NCBI GenBank assembly: GCA_003697015.1
Contig: RFGL01000065.1
Location: 1 to 63,358 of the forward strand
Length of the DNA stretch: 63,358 nucleotides
Direction of reading: 5' to 3'
Source: Acidobacteriota bacterium
GTDB lineage: Bacteria > Acidobacteriota > Thermoanaerobaculia > Multivoradales > J023
A program made the position numbers and the translations under genes. Positions 27,030 through 35,358 of the stretch are shown here, piece after piece. The notes beneath the pieces are model-generated. The model was not told the DNA's origin and did not search any database. It was given only the letters and a program-made list of their open reading frames with translations. Each line of letters starts with the position of its first letter. Position 1 is the stretch's first letter.

Positions 27030-28535
27030 TCACTTCCTTGATACGGTGCCGGGGAGCCTATCCGATTGACCCTCCCGCCGGGCGTCGTCGAACGGACGGC
27101 GCGGCTCCTCCAACAGTTGGTAGAGGACGTTGTCGGTGAAGGTGGGGTCGCGCACCAAGCCGAGGTGGTCGTCGAAGAAGAACGTCACCGCGTGCCAGGC
27201 GATCGGCGATCGGAGCGTCGCGCGCCAGTCGCTGATGCGGCGCTCGTCCATCAACGCGCTCGAACGCAGGACGATGCCGTCGCCTGGCGCGCGCGAAGCG
27301 ACCTCGAAGTCGCCGCCGTCGAGGTCGATGGCGATGCTCGCCGCGGTCGGAACCGCGTCGCCGGCGACCAGGACGAGGGTGGTGCCCGCCGGCGGCGTCG
27401 CGGGGCGGTCGAGGGCGGCATGAAAACGGCGCGCGCGATCGAGATGGCGCGCCAGGGCGGCGCGGGCCAGACGCCGCCGCTCGTTGCGCGCGCCGACGTC
27501 GGGCAGAAGCCAGGCGAGGACCTCGTCCTGCCGCGGATCGGCCAGCCCCCAGCCCAGCCGCTGCCACAGAGCCGGGTCGAAGAGGTCGAGCTGGCGCCGG
27601 TGACCGGCGTCGACGTAGGCGCCGTGGCGGCTGCGGGGCAGCAGCTGGTAGACCGAGGGGAAGGAGCCGATCACCGCCGGCGGGTAACGGGGCAGAAAAG
27701 CGCCGGGCTTGTGACCGCGGACGATCCGCTCCAGCACCACCAGAGAGCCGCCGTTGGGCGGTCCGACGAGGATCGCGCGCTCGACCAACCGGGCGCCGGC
27801 CCAGGTCAGCTGCGGCAGGGAACCGTCCGCCGGCAGGGGCTGGCGGCCGTAGCGCAGGTAGTAGCGGGTGAGGAGCGCCCCCATCGAATGGGCGACGACG
27901 TCGAAACGCACCTCCCGCTCGATGCCACGCCGCCGCAGCTGCGCCTCGACGTAGGCCTTCTTGCGGTGGATGAAGTCGTCCAGGCGGCGGGCGTTGTCGG
28001 CGTTGTCGAGCCGCCAGTCGTAGCCGAACTGGAAGCAGGTGAAGTGATCGTCGCCGTAATCGACGGCGCCGGAACGGGCCAGAGACTCGTCGCGGAAACC
28101 GGCGCTACCGAGCATGCTCAGGAGATAGAAGTAGGCCTGCTGCTCGAGGGGAAGGCCGAAGAGCCGCACTCTCACCCGGTCGAGCACCCCTGCCGGCACC
28201 ACCGGCGCCGGCGGCCGTTCGTCCGCTCGCAGGGGCAGGGCGAAGCGGCGCGCCCCGTCGGGACGCGTCGGGTCGAGCGCGCCGCCGCCGAAATTGCCCC
28301 ACGCCACCTCACCGGTGGTGGCGTCCTCGAGACGGGTGCCCATGATGCCGGGGATCAGGATGACCGGATTGCGTTCCAGATGGTGGCGGATCGCGTCGCG
28401 GCCGTAGATGCCTCCCAAATCCGGTGCCGCCAGGCGCTGGCGGCAGCCGTCGAGCAACAGGGCGAGCAGCAGAAGGGAGCCGGCGGCCCACAGCCAGCGA
28501 CGGTCCGAGCGACGTAGGGGCCGCATGATCGTCAC
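27030..28535 (-). CDS. Alpha/beta-hydrolase lipase/esterase lipoprotein (paralog of 25501..26940)
   Basis: 501 aa with lipobox LLLDGC, NPVILIPGIMGT and VVAHSMGALLTRYYLRYG. Collinear with its neighbour along the full length. Confidence 0.75.
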   Translation of the reverse strand: MTIMRPLRRSDRRWLWAAGSLLLLALLLDGCRQRLAAPDLGGIYGRDAIRHHLERNPVILIPGIMGTRLEDATTGEVAWGNFGGGALDPTRPDGARRFALPLRADERPPAPVVPAGVLDRVRVRLFGLPLEQQAYFYLLSMLGSAGFRDESLARSGAVDYGDDHFTCFQFGYDWRLDNADNARRLDDFIHRKKAYVEAQLRRRGIEREVRFDVVAHSMGALLTRYYLRYGRQPLPADGSLPQLTWAGARLVERAILVGPPNGGSLVVLERIVRGHKPGAFLPRYPPAVIGSFPSVYQLLPRSRHGAYVDAGHRRQLDLFDPALWQRLGWGLADPRQDEVLAWLLPDVGARNERRRLARAALARHLDRARRFHAALDRPATPPAGTTLVLVAGDAVPTAASIAIDLDGGDFEVASRAPGDGIVLRSSALMDERRISDWRATLRSPIAWHAVTFFFDDHLGLVRDPTFTDNVLYQLLEEPRRPFDDARREGQSDRLPGTVSRK

Positions 28536-28574
28536 CTCCGAGGATGCCTACGCCCGGCCGCGGCCGGCGGTTTG

Positions 28575-29459
28575 TCATCCGGCGAGACGTCCGATGCGCT
28601 CCCCCAGGCGGTCGAAGCCGAGCTCGGCGATCAGCGGCTCGACGCGCTGCGGTTCGGCGCGGCGCCGGCGCAGGCCCTCGACCTCGACGGCGGCCGGCTT
28701 GTCGGTCGCCACCGTCGCCAGGCGGCGCGACAGGAAGGCCGCCTCGCGCTGCGCTTCGAGCTTCGGTGCCAGGGTCTTGGCGCCGCGGATCGGCAGGCGG
28801 GCGACGGCGCCGAGGTCGGCGTAGATGGCGTCGAGGTCGGGGAAGGCCTGGAGCAGGGCCGCCGCCGTCTTCTTGCCCACCCCGCGCACCCCGGGGATGT
28901 TGTCGACGCTGTCGCCGGCCAGCCCCAGGTAGTCGGTGATCTGCTCCGGGCGAACGCCGAACTTGGCCTCCACCTCCGCCGGCCCGAAGCGCTCGTCGCG
29001 GGCGTAGTCCCACAGCGACACCCGCGGGCCGACCAGCTGGGCGAGGTCCTTGTCCGAGGTGATGATCACCACCTCGTGACCCTGGGGCTCGAGGCCGGCG
29101 ACCAGGCCGCCGATCAGGTCGTCGGCCTCGTAGCGCTCGTCGACGTAGCAGGCGATGCCGAGAACCTCGCCGAGGGCATGGCACCAGCCGAGCTGATCCT
29201 CGAGCTCCTTCGGCGGCAGCTCCCGTTGGGCCTTGTACGGCGGGTAGATCTCGTTGCGAAAGCTCGAATTCAAGCTGCGGTCGAAGGCCAGGGCGAGGTG
29301 GCTCGGCGCCACCTCCTCGAGCAACTTGACCAGGAAGCCGCCGAAGCCGTAGGCCGCGTTCGCCGGCCGTCCGTCCGGGGTGGTGACGTCCTCCGAGACC
29401 GAGAAGTAGGCGCGGAAGATGTAGGGACTGGCGTCGATCAGATAGACGGTCTGTGGCAT
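28575..29459 (-). CDS. 5'-3' exonuclease / flap endonuclease (Pol I N-terminal-domain-like)
   Basis: Track ORF trimmed to ATG 29459 (MPQTVYLIDASPYIFRAYF). Also YKAQR, YEADDLIG, SDKDLAQL and the H3TH motif GDSVDNIPGVRGVGKKTA. Confidence 0.85.
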   Translation of the reverse strand: MPQTVYLIDASPYIFRAYFSVSEDVTTPDGRPANAAYGFGGFLVKLLEEVAPSHLALAFDRSLNSSFRNEIYPPYKAQRELPPKELEDQLGWCHALGEVLGIACYVDERYEADDLIGGLVAGLEPQGHEVVIITSDKDLAQLVGPRVSLWDYARDERFGPAEVEAKFGVRPEQITDYLGLAGDSVDNIPGVRGVGKKTAAALLQAFPDLDAIYADLGAVARLPIRGAKTLAPKLEAQREAAFLSRRLATVATDKPAAVEVEGLRRRRAEPQRVEPLIAELGFDRLGERIGRLAG

Positions 29460-29516
29460 GCTGGCGGCAGTTTCGCTCAAGCCCCCCCGGCGGGTCAACC
29501 GCCGGCGTTCTGCACC

Positions 29517-30602
29517 TCAGCGGTCCGTCGCCGAGCTGCGCAGAAGCTCCTGCAGACGCCGGCCCATCGCTTCGAGGGCGGCCAGGTCGGTGGGCTCGTC
29601 GGGCTCCAGGGGGAGGGCGACGAGCTGTTGCTCGGGGGGCAGGAGGGCGCGCAGGGCGTCGACGCCGCGGGCGTGGCGCTCGCCGAGCCAGGCGAAGAGC
29701 TGGCGGCCGTCGCGCTCGGCGGCGGAGCTCCCCTCCGCTCCGCCGTCGAAGCGGGGGTGGACGCGGTTGACCACCAGCGGCCCGAGACGCCACCCCGCAG
29801 CCTTGAGCCGGCGGGCGAAGAAGAGGGTGTCGGGGATCCGCGCCTCCCCCGGTCCAGCGACCAGCAGGAAGTGCGCGTCGGGGGAAGCCAGCAGGTTCTC
29901 CACCGCCTGAGCGCGCTGGCGGAAGCCGTCGAAGAGGGGCTCGAAGGCGCGGAAGAATTCCGACATGTCGCGCAGCAGCTGCAAGCCGACGACGCGGTCG
30001 AGAAAACGCTCCAGGCCGCGGCCGATGAAGCCCAGGCGGCGGCCGCCGGGCTGCAGGTGGCCGTCCTCGTCGAACCACGGCTTGAGAGCGATCTTGAGCG
30101 CCCCGGAGTCGAGGAAGCTGACGATCCGCTGCGGCGCCTCCAGGAAATCGATCGCCTGACGGGTCGGCGGCGTGTCGAGGATCACCCGGTCGTAACGCCG
30201 TTCCCGCGCCACCTCGTAGAGACGCTCGACCGCCATGTATTCGAGGATGCCGCCGAGGTGGCCGGCGAGATGGTCGTAGTAGGGATTGCCCAGGATGCGG
30301 TCGCGGGTGGCGTCGTCGGGGGCGTAGCGGGCGACCAGACGATCGAAGGTCTTGCGCGGATCGAGCAGGCTGGCGTGGAGGCTTCCCGGCGCATCGTACG
30401 GCACCGCCACCTCTTCGCCGTGGGCCGCGGCGCCGACGCCGAGGGCGTCTTTGAGGCGCAGGGAGGGGTCGAAGGTCATCACCAGAGTGCGGTGGCCGGC
30501 GCGCGCCGACAGCAAGCCCAGGGCCGCCGCCAGGGTGGTCTTGCCGACGCCGCCGGCGCCGACGCAGACCAGAAACGGCGGCCGCCCTGCCCGGAGATCC
30601 AT
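29517..30602 (-). CDS. ArsA/Get3-like ATPase (second gene of a pair)
   Basis: Track ORF 29517..30773 trimmed to ATG 30602 (ATGA overlap with the upstream stop). MDLRAGRPPFLVCVGAGGVGKTTLAAALG P-loop. Confidence 0.75.
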   Translation of the reverse strand: MDLRAGRPPFLVCVGAGGVGKTTLAAALGLLSARAGHRTLVMTFDPSLRLKDALGVGAAAHGEEVAVPYDAPGSLHASLLDPRKTFDRLVARYAPDDATRDRILGNPYYDHLAGHLGGILEYMAVERLYEVARERRYDRVILDTPPTRQAIDFLEAPQRIVSFLDSGALKIALKPWFDEDGHLQPGGRRLGFIGRGLERFLDRVVGLQLLRDMSEFFRAFEPLFDGFRQRAQAVENLLASPDAHFLLVAGPGEARIPDTLFFARRLKAAGWRLGPLVVNRVHPRFDGGAEGSSAAERDGRQLFAWLGERHARGVDALRALLPPEQQLVALPLEPDEPTDLAALEAMGRRLQELLRSSATDR

Positions 30603-31513
30603 CACGCCGCCCCCCTTGGCCCCAGCAGCACCGCCTCGAGCCGCTCTTGGAGAGCGCCGATCAACGCCGGCCCGCGATCGATCGGCAAAAGCGGCAGCTC
30701 CACCTTCGGCCCCTGCCAGTCCCGCTCCAGCCGCGCCAGCTCGTCCTCGTTGATCCGCCGCCGGCGGCGCCACAGCTCGAGCAGCGGATCGCCGGCGCCG
30801 GCGGCGTCCGGCGGCAGGGGCGGGTAGAGGCCGTTGGTGATCAGCAGGTCCGGCTGGCGGCCGAAACGCTCGGCCAGGGCCTGGCGCAGCTCCAGGGCCT
30901 CCTGCACCGGCATCTCCTCCGCCAGGGTGACGATCACCAGCCCGGCGTCGTCGGGATCGGCGACGAAGTCGGCCCCCTGCTGCGCCAGGTGGTGGAAGGG
31001 GCCGTCGGTGATCGCCTCGGCGAAGAGCCGCGGTGCGGTCAGCAGGTAGATGCCGTGGCCGGTCGCCGGCGCGTCGAGAATGACCGTGTCGATGCGCGGG
31101 CGGGAGAAGGCCTGGCCGCTCACCACCCGCAGGCAGTGACCGATGATCGCCATCTCCTGCAGCCCCGGCGCCCCCTCGACGAAGCGCTGGTAGACCGGGC
31201 TCTCCTTGACCCGCCGTGCCAGCATGGGGATCGGCACCTTTTCGTCGACCAGCCAGTCGACCACCGCCTTGGGCTTGAGGTTCTGCAGGTAGAGGTCGGC
31301 CGCCACCCGGGTCACCTCGCCGCCGGAGGGAGGCACGTCGAGCAGCTGGTGGAGGTTCTCCCGCGGATCGACCTCGAGCACCAGGGTGCGTCGCCCGCGC
31401 GCCGCCAGGCTGCGGCCGAGCGCCGCGGTCATGGCGCTCTTGCCCACTCCCCCCTTGCCGGTCACCACCAGCAGGCGCCGGCTCTTCAGTCGCTGATAGA
31501 GGTCCATGCTCAA
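30602..31513 (-). CDS. ArsA/Get3-like ATPase (first gene of a pair)
   Basis: 303 aa with RLLVVTGKGGVGKSAMTAALG P-loop and DAPATGHG motif. Start is either TTG 31513 or ATG 31507. Confidence 0.75.
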   Translation of the reverse strand: MSMDLYQRLKSRRLLVVTGKGGVGKSAMTAALGRSLAARGRRTLVLEVDPRENLHQLLDVPPSGGEVTRVAADLYLQNLKPKAVVDWLVDEKVPIPMLARRVKESPVYQRFVEGAPGLQEMAIIGHCLRVVSGQAFSRPRIDTVILDAPATGHGIYLLTAPRLFAEAITDGPFHHLAQQGADFVADPDDAGLVIVTLAEEMPVQEALELRQALAERFGRQPDLLITNGLYPPLPPDAAGAGDPLLELWRRRRRINEDELARLERDWQGPKVELPLLPIDRGPALIGALQERLEAVLLGPRGAA

Positions 31514-32145
31514 TCGAAGTCCACGCCCGGCCCGCGCAGCGCCGCGATGCCCTGGACGACGAGCACCATGCCGAAGCCCAGGAGCAGCAGGCCGCAGGCG
31601 CGAAGCGCCCTACGATACCAGCGTGCGTCGAGATGGTGGCGGCCGCGGGCGACGCCGGCGGCGACGGCGATCTTGCTCCCCACCAGGCCGGCGTAGAAGA
31701 GGCCGACGAAGCCCGCCGTCAGCGCCGCCCCCCGGCCGCGCCACAGGGCCACCACCTGCGGCCCGAGGACGCCGAGCCAGAAGAGCCACGGATGGGGGCT
31801 CAGGGCGTTGACCATCACCCCGCGCCACAGATCGCGCGGCCCTCCGCCGCCACCCGCCGGCCGCGGCTCGGCGCTGCCCGCCCGCCGCAACACGCCGGCT
31901 CCCAGGTAGGCGGCGAAGAGGCCACCCCCCACCCCGAGGCCGGCGAGCGCCGCCGCCGGCAGACCGGCGAGCAACCACAAACAGGCGGCGACGATCGGCA
32001 CGTCCGTCACCAGCGGCGCGCTCGCTACCCGCAGCCCGGCACCAAACCCCCGTTCGAGAGTCGCCGTCAGCACCAGGGTCAAGAGCGGCCCCGGGCTGAT
32101 CCCGGCCGACAGGCCGAGGGCAAGAGCGAAGAAGAGCGCATCCAT
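31510..32145 (-). CDS. LysE/RhtB-family amino-acid exporter
   Basis: 211 aa. Begins MDALFFALALGLSAGISPGPLLTLVLTATLERGF; multi-TM. Confidence 0.8.
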   Translation of the reverse strand: MDALFFALALGLSAGISPGPLLTLVLTATLERGFGAGLRVASAPLVTDVPIVAACLWLLAGLPAAALAGLGVGGGLFAAYLGAGVLRRAGSAEPRPAGGGGGPRDLWRGVMVNALSPHPWLFWLGVLGPQVVALWRGRGAALTAGFVGLFYAGLVGSKIAVAAGVARGRHHLDARWYRRALRACGLLLLGFGMVLVVQGIAALRGPGVDFD

Positions 32146-32244
32146 GGTCGGTCAACGGCGCCGGATCGTAGCACCCATGGGACGACGGCACCCCATCCCC
32201 GCCTCTGCGTCACTAGGTGCCGAGCTGATAGAGTCGCCGCCGCG

Positions 32245-33492
32245 ATGCCCCTCACCAAGCTCGAATCGCGCTACTTCCGCAGCCTCTACGAGGTCGATCT
32301 GGCCTTCAAGCCGATCACCGTCGTCATCGGTCCGAACGGCAGCGGCAAGTCCAACGTATTGAAGGCGTTGCGCTTCCTCTACGACGCCGTCGCCGGGGAC
32401 GTGAGCGACTGGCGGCGTTACGACGCCCTGATCGACGATCTACCCTGGTACGGCGTCGGCGACGAAGGCGAGCGCCCGGCCCGGATCGCCCTGACCATCG
32501 AGGTCGACGCCGCCGGATGTTCATTGTGTCCGCTGCGCTACGAGACGGACTTCACGGCGGCCGACTACTTCCGGGTTGGCCAGGAGTCACTCACGGCGGG
32601 CGCCGCCGAGGATCGCTCGATTCTCTTCCGCCGGGAAGGCGACGTGATCGAGCAATGGATCAACCGTCGCGGCAGAGCGCTCAAACGCGCCGCCAAGGCG
32701 ACGGCCCGATCGCCGCGCAACCTGACCCTGCGCGACGAGGGCCCCAGCCCGAGTTTCCCGGGACCTGAGGTCATCCATAGGGAAATCGCCGGCTGGCGTT
32801 TTTTCGAAGTCAATCCGCGGGCAGCGCGCCGGGCTTCCGCCGTCCCCGAGATTCCCGAGGAGATCCCTCCCCTGGCGGCGGATGCCTCCAACCTCAGCGC
32901 TTTCCTTTACGCGCTCTATCGCCTGTCGGCGGCGGACTACGACGCGGTGATCGACGCCACCAGCCGGGCGATCGAGTTGCCGCAGAAAATCCTGGTCGAG
33001 CACGACGCGAACCGCGCCGACGTCGACTCCCCCCTCTGGCGCGGCACCGACGCCCGCTACGCCTTTATCGAGACGCCCTTCGGCGAGAATCGGCCCGTGC
33101 CGCCCGACAGCATCTCCGACGGCACCATCCGCTACCTCGCCCACATGGCGCTGCTTCTCGGCGACCCCAGCGTCACCCTGGCCTGCCTCGAAGAGCCCGA
33201 CAGCGGCCTCCACCCGCGCCTCATGTACCACCTCGCCGACGCCATGCGCCTCGCCGTCGGCAGCGGCGATCCCGCCGTCGAGATCGACCTGCCGCGGGTC
33301 TTGATCACCACCCACAGCCCCGAGCTTCTCGACTGCTTCGACCTTGCCGAGGAGACCGACTACCTCCAGGTCTACGTCGCCGAGCGCGGCGAGCACGGCG
33401 AGACGATCTTGACCTCCGTCACCGCTGCCGAGTTCGCCCCCTGGCTCGAACGCTATCGCCTGGGGGAGGCGGTGCGGCGGCACTTCGTTTGA
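32245..33492 (+). CDS. ABC/SMC-like AAA ATPase (AAA_21/AAA_15-type, OLD/AbiL/PARIS-class ATPase)
   Basis: Track ORF 31633..33492 trimmed to ATG 32245. Walker A VVIGPNGSGKSNVLKAL, SISDGTIRYLAHMALLLG signature-like segment, Walker B TLACLEEPDSGLHP, H-loop LITTHSPELL. Confidence 0.8.
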   Translation: MPLTKLESRYFRSLYEVDLAFKPITVVIGPNGSGKSNVLKALRFLYDAVAGDVSDWRRYDALIDDLPWYGVGDEGERPARIALTIEVDAAGCSLCPLRYETDFTAADYFRVGQESLTAGAAEDRSILFRREGDVIEQWINRRGRALKRAAKATARSPRNLTLRDEGPSPSFPGPEVIHREIAGWRFFEVNPRAARRASAVPEIPEEIPPLAADASNLSAFLYALYRLSAADYDAVIDATSRAIELPQKILVEHDANRADVDSPLWRGTDARYAFIETPFGENRPVPPDSISDGTIRYLAHMALLLGDPSVTLACLEEPDSGLHPRLMYHLADAMRLAVGSGDPAVEIDLPRVLITTHSPELLDCFDLAEETDYLQVYVAERGEHGETILTSVTAAEFAPWLERYRLGEAVRRHFV

Positions 33493-34214
33493 CGACTTGG
33501 GGGGCGGGAGACGTGGCGCTTCATATCTTCGTCGAAGACCGCGAAACCCGCGCCTACGAGATCCTTGCCCGGCGGGCGCTTGAAGCCGCCGGTGCCGGCG
33601 ATAAGGTAGACCGTCTCCGGGCTTCGAAGATCGACCTGCGCGACCTCATCACCACCGACGGCCTGCGCGATCTCCTGAGCCGCGCCGTCAGGAGCGGTTA
33701 CGACTGCGTGATGTTCGTCATGGATCAAGAAGCGCGATCGAGCTCGCCCGAAAGGCCGCGCCTGCTGGCACGGTTCAAGAAGTCATTCACCGAATTGTGC
33801 TCCTATCAGGCGAAGCTGCCGGAGCGAGATCCCATGCGCCGCGCGAGGATCATCCGCGTCGTCTGCCGGCGCTGCCTGGAGGGTTGGCTCGCCTCTGACC
33901 CGCAAGCCGTCGTCGACGCGGTTCGCGGGGTGCGCGGTACGGACTATTCTCCGAGTTACAGACAAACGGAGCACCTCGAACCCAAGAAGGCCGGCGAGCA
34001 GATCGTCCGCTGGATCCGGGAAGTGGGGCACCGGCTCGGGCGCCGGGATCTGCAACGAACAACTCTGCGCAACGTCAAGTCGCGCAGCGCCGACATCGCC
34101 GAGCAACTCGATCCGCAGCGTGGTCGCTCCTACAACGCCAGCCTGGCCTATTTCTTCGACATGGTGCACTGCCAGAGGTCCGGTTGCGATCACCCCTTCC
34201 CGGAGCGAGGATAG
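33489..34214 (+). CDS. Toprim-like DUF4276/RloB-like protein (partner of the ABC-type ATPase)
   Basis: 241 aa from TTG 33489 (TTGA overlap with the upstream stop); the alternative start is GTG 33513. Acidic pattern LHIFVEDRETRAY ... CVMFVMDQEA ... RCLEGWLASDPQAV resembles the E ... DxD ... FE-W-L layout of DUF4276/RloB proteins. By-eye only. Confidence 0.55.
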   Translation: MTTWGAGDVALHIFVEDRETRAYEILARRALEAAGAGDKVDRLRASKIDLRDLITTDGLRDLLSRAVRSGYDCVMFVMDQEARSSSPERPRLLARFKKSFTELCSYQAKLPERDPMRRARIIRVVCRRCLEGWLASDPQAVVDAVRGVRGTDYSPSYRQTEHLEPKKAGEQIVRWIREVGHRLGRRDLQRTTLRNVKSRSADIAEQLDPQRGRSYNASLAYFFDMVHCQRSGCDHPFPERG

Positions 34215-34218
34215 GCGG

Positions 34219-35358
34219 ATGGCGAATCCCTTTGGCGAGATCGAGAAGGCCCTCGCCGTGCTGGGGCAGGAAGCCGAGGTGATCCCCGCCGTGGGTCCCG
34301 CCCGCCTCGATCTCGCTGCACCCGACGCTGAGGAGACCTACGACCGCATGACCAGCGGCGAAGCAGCCACGAAGGGCATCTGGGAAACGGAACCGGGTAA
34401 GGGCCTATACCGGCCTCTGCGTCCGATCCACCGCCGCCAGGGCAGCGCCCTACGCCACTTCGTCGCCGGTACCGCTCGGGTCTACTACCTGGGGACCGTG
34501 CTCGAGCGGGAACGCTCCTCGCCCATTCAGTTTGCGCAGATCGGTGCGGCGGCGATCCGCCGGCGAGACGACGGCACGGTGAGGCCGGCTTCAGCCGGCA
34601 TGCGCGTGGAGAATCTCTTGATCCTCAACGGCATTCTCTCCCCGCAACTTCTCGAGCGCTTCCAGCACGCCTTGCCCGCTGGAACGCGGCTGATCACCAC
34701 CTCCGCTCGCAGCGGCGGGTCGGCGGAGCCGCGGTCCCGCGGTGCGCACGCCGCCAACGAAGCGATGCGCGCTCTCCAGCAGAGCATCCTTGAGCAGCTG
34801 CAGGAGGATCCGCCCCCGGTCCTGGACGGCAGCCTGGGCAACGAATACTTCAATTGGACGTCCGGCAGCTTGCTGGCGGTGCTCAAGAGCTTTCGCCAGG
34901 AAAGCCGGTTCACGATCGGACGCGGTATTCGCCCGCGAGACCAGCCCACCCTCTTCCGCCTGCTCAACGATCTACCACCCGAGTCCCGAACCGTCGTCTT
35001 CCCGCGGATCACGGCCGAGCACCCGGACGGCAGCGTCGTCTTCTGGTACGTGCGCCTGCATGCGTTGTCCCCCGCCATGCGCACCTCTCCGCTGATGGGC
35101 GTGATCAAGGTCGAGATGCCCAATGCCGGCGCCCAGTGCGTTCCGACCGAGCTCGTAGACCGCTTGAGCGCACGCCTGCTTGCTGAACGTACCGTCGCCC
35201 CGTACGGCAGCGGAGCGCGCTGGCATGCGCATCTGTATCCTCTCTATCTTGCCGGCCGGCTGGTGCGCAACCGTTTCCATTCCGAGGAAGTGATCCGTTC
35301 CGGGCTGCGATGGCCTGCGACTGCCCCCGCCGCGAGTAAGGATGGTGCTCAGCGATGA
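34219..35358 (+). CDS. NurA-like (RNase H-fold) protein, partner of the HerA-like ATPase
   Basis: Track ORF 34120..35358 trimmed to ATG 34219 (GAGG 8 nt upstream, 4 nt after the previous stop). PPVLDGSLGNEYF matches the NurA llDGSL motif. Beta-rich segments VVFWYVRL, GVIKVEM and a C-terminal YPLYLAGRLVR. ATGA-coupled to the downstream HerA-like gene. Confidence 0.55.
   Translation: MANPFGEIEKALAVLGQEAEVIPAVGPARLDLAAPDAEETYDRMTSGEAATKGIWETEPGKGLYRPLRPIHRRQGSALRHFVAGTARVYYLGTVLERERSSPIQFAQIGAAAIRRRDDGTVRPASAGMRVENLLILNGILSPQLLERFQHALPAGTRLITTSARSGGSAEPRSRGAHAANEAMRALQQSILEQLQEDPPPVLDGSLGNEYFNWTSGSLLAVLKSFRQESRFTIGRGIRPRDQPTLFRLLNDLPPESRTVVFPRITAEHPDGSVVFWYVRLHALSPAMRTSPLMGVIKVEMPNAGAQCVPTELVDRLSARLLAERTVAPYGSGARWHAHLYPLYLAGRLVRNRFHSEEVIRSGLRWPATAPAASKDGAQR

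Noticed and set aside
28309-30078. 589-aa minus-strand ORF, and the 751-aa plus-strand ORF at 28572..30827
   Set aside because: Shadow frames across the exonuclease and ArsA-like genes. Low-complexity R/P/G composition.
31633-32244. N-terminal 204-codon extension of the ATPase ORF 31633..33492
   Set aside because: It is antisense to the LysE gene and R/G/P/E-rich. The Walker A motif sits ~30 residues after the internal ATG 32245, as expected for this ATPase class.
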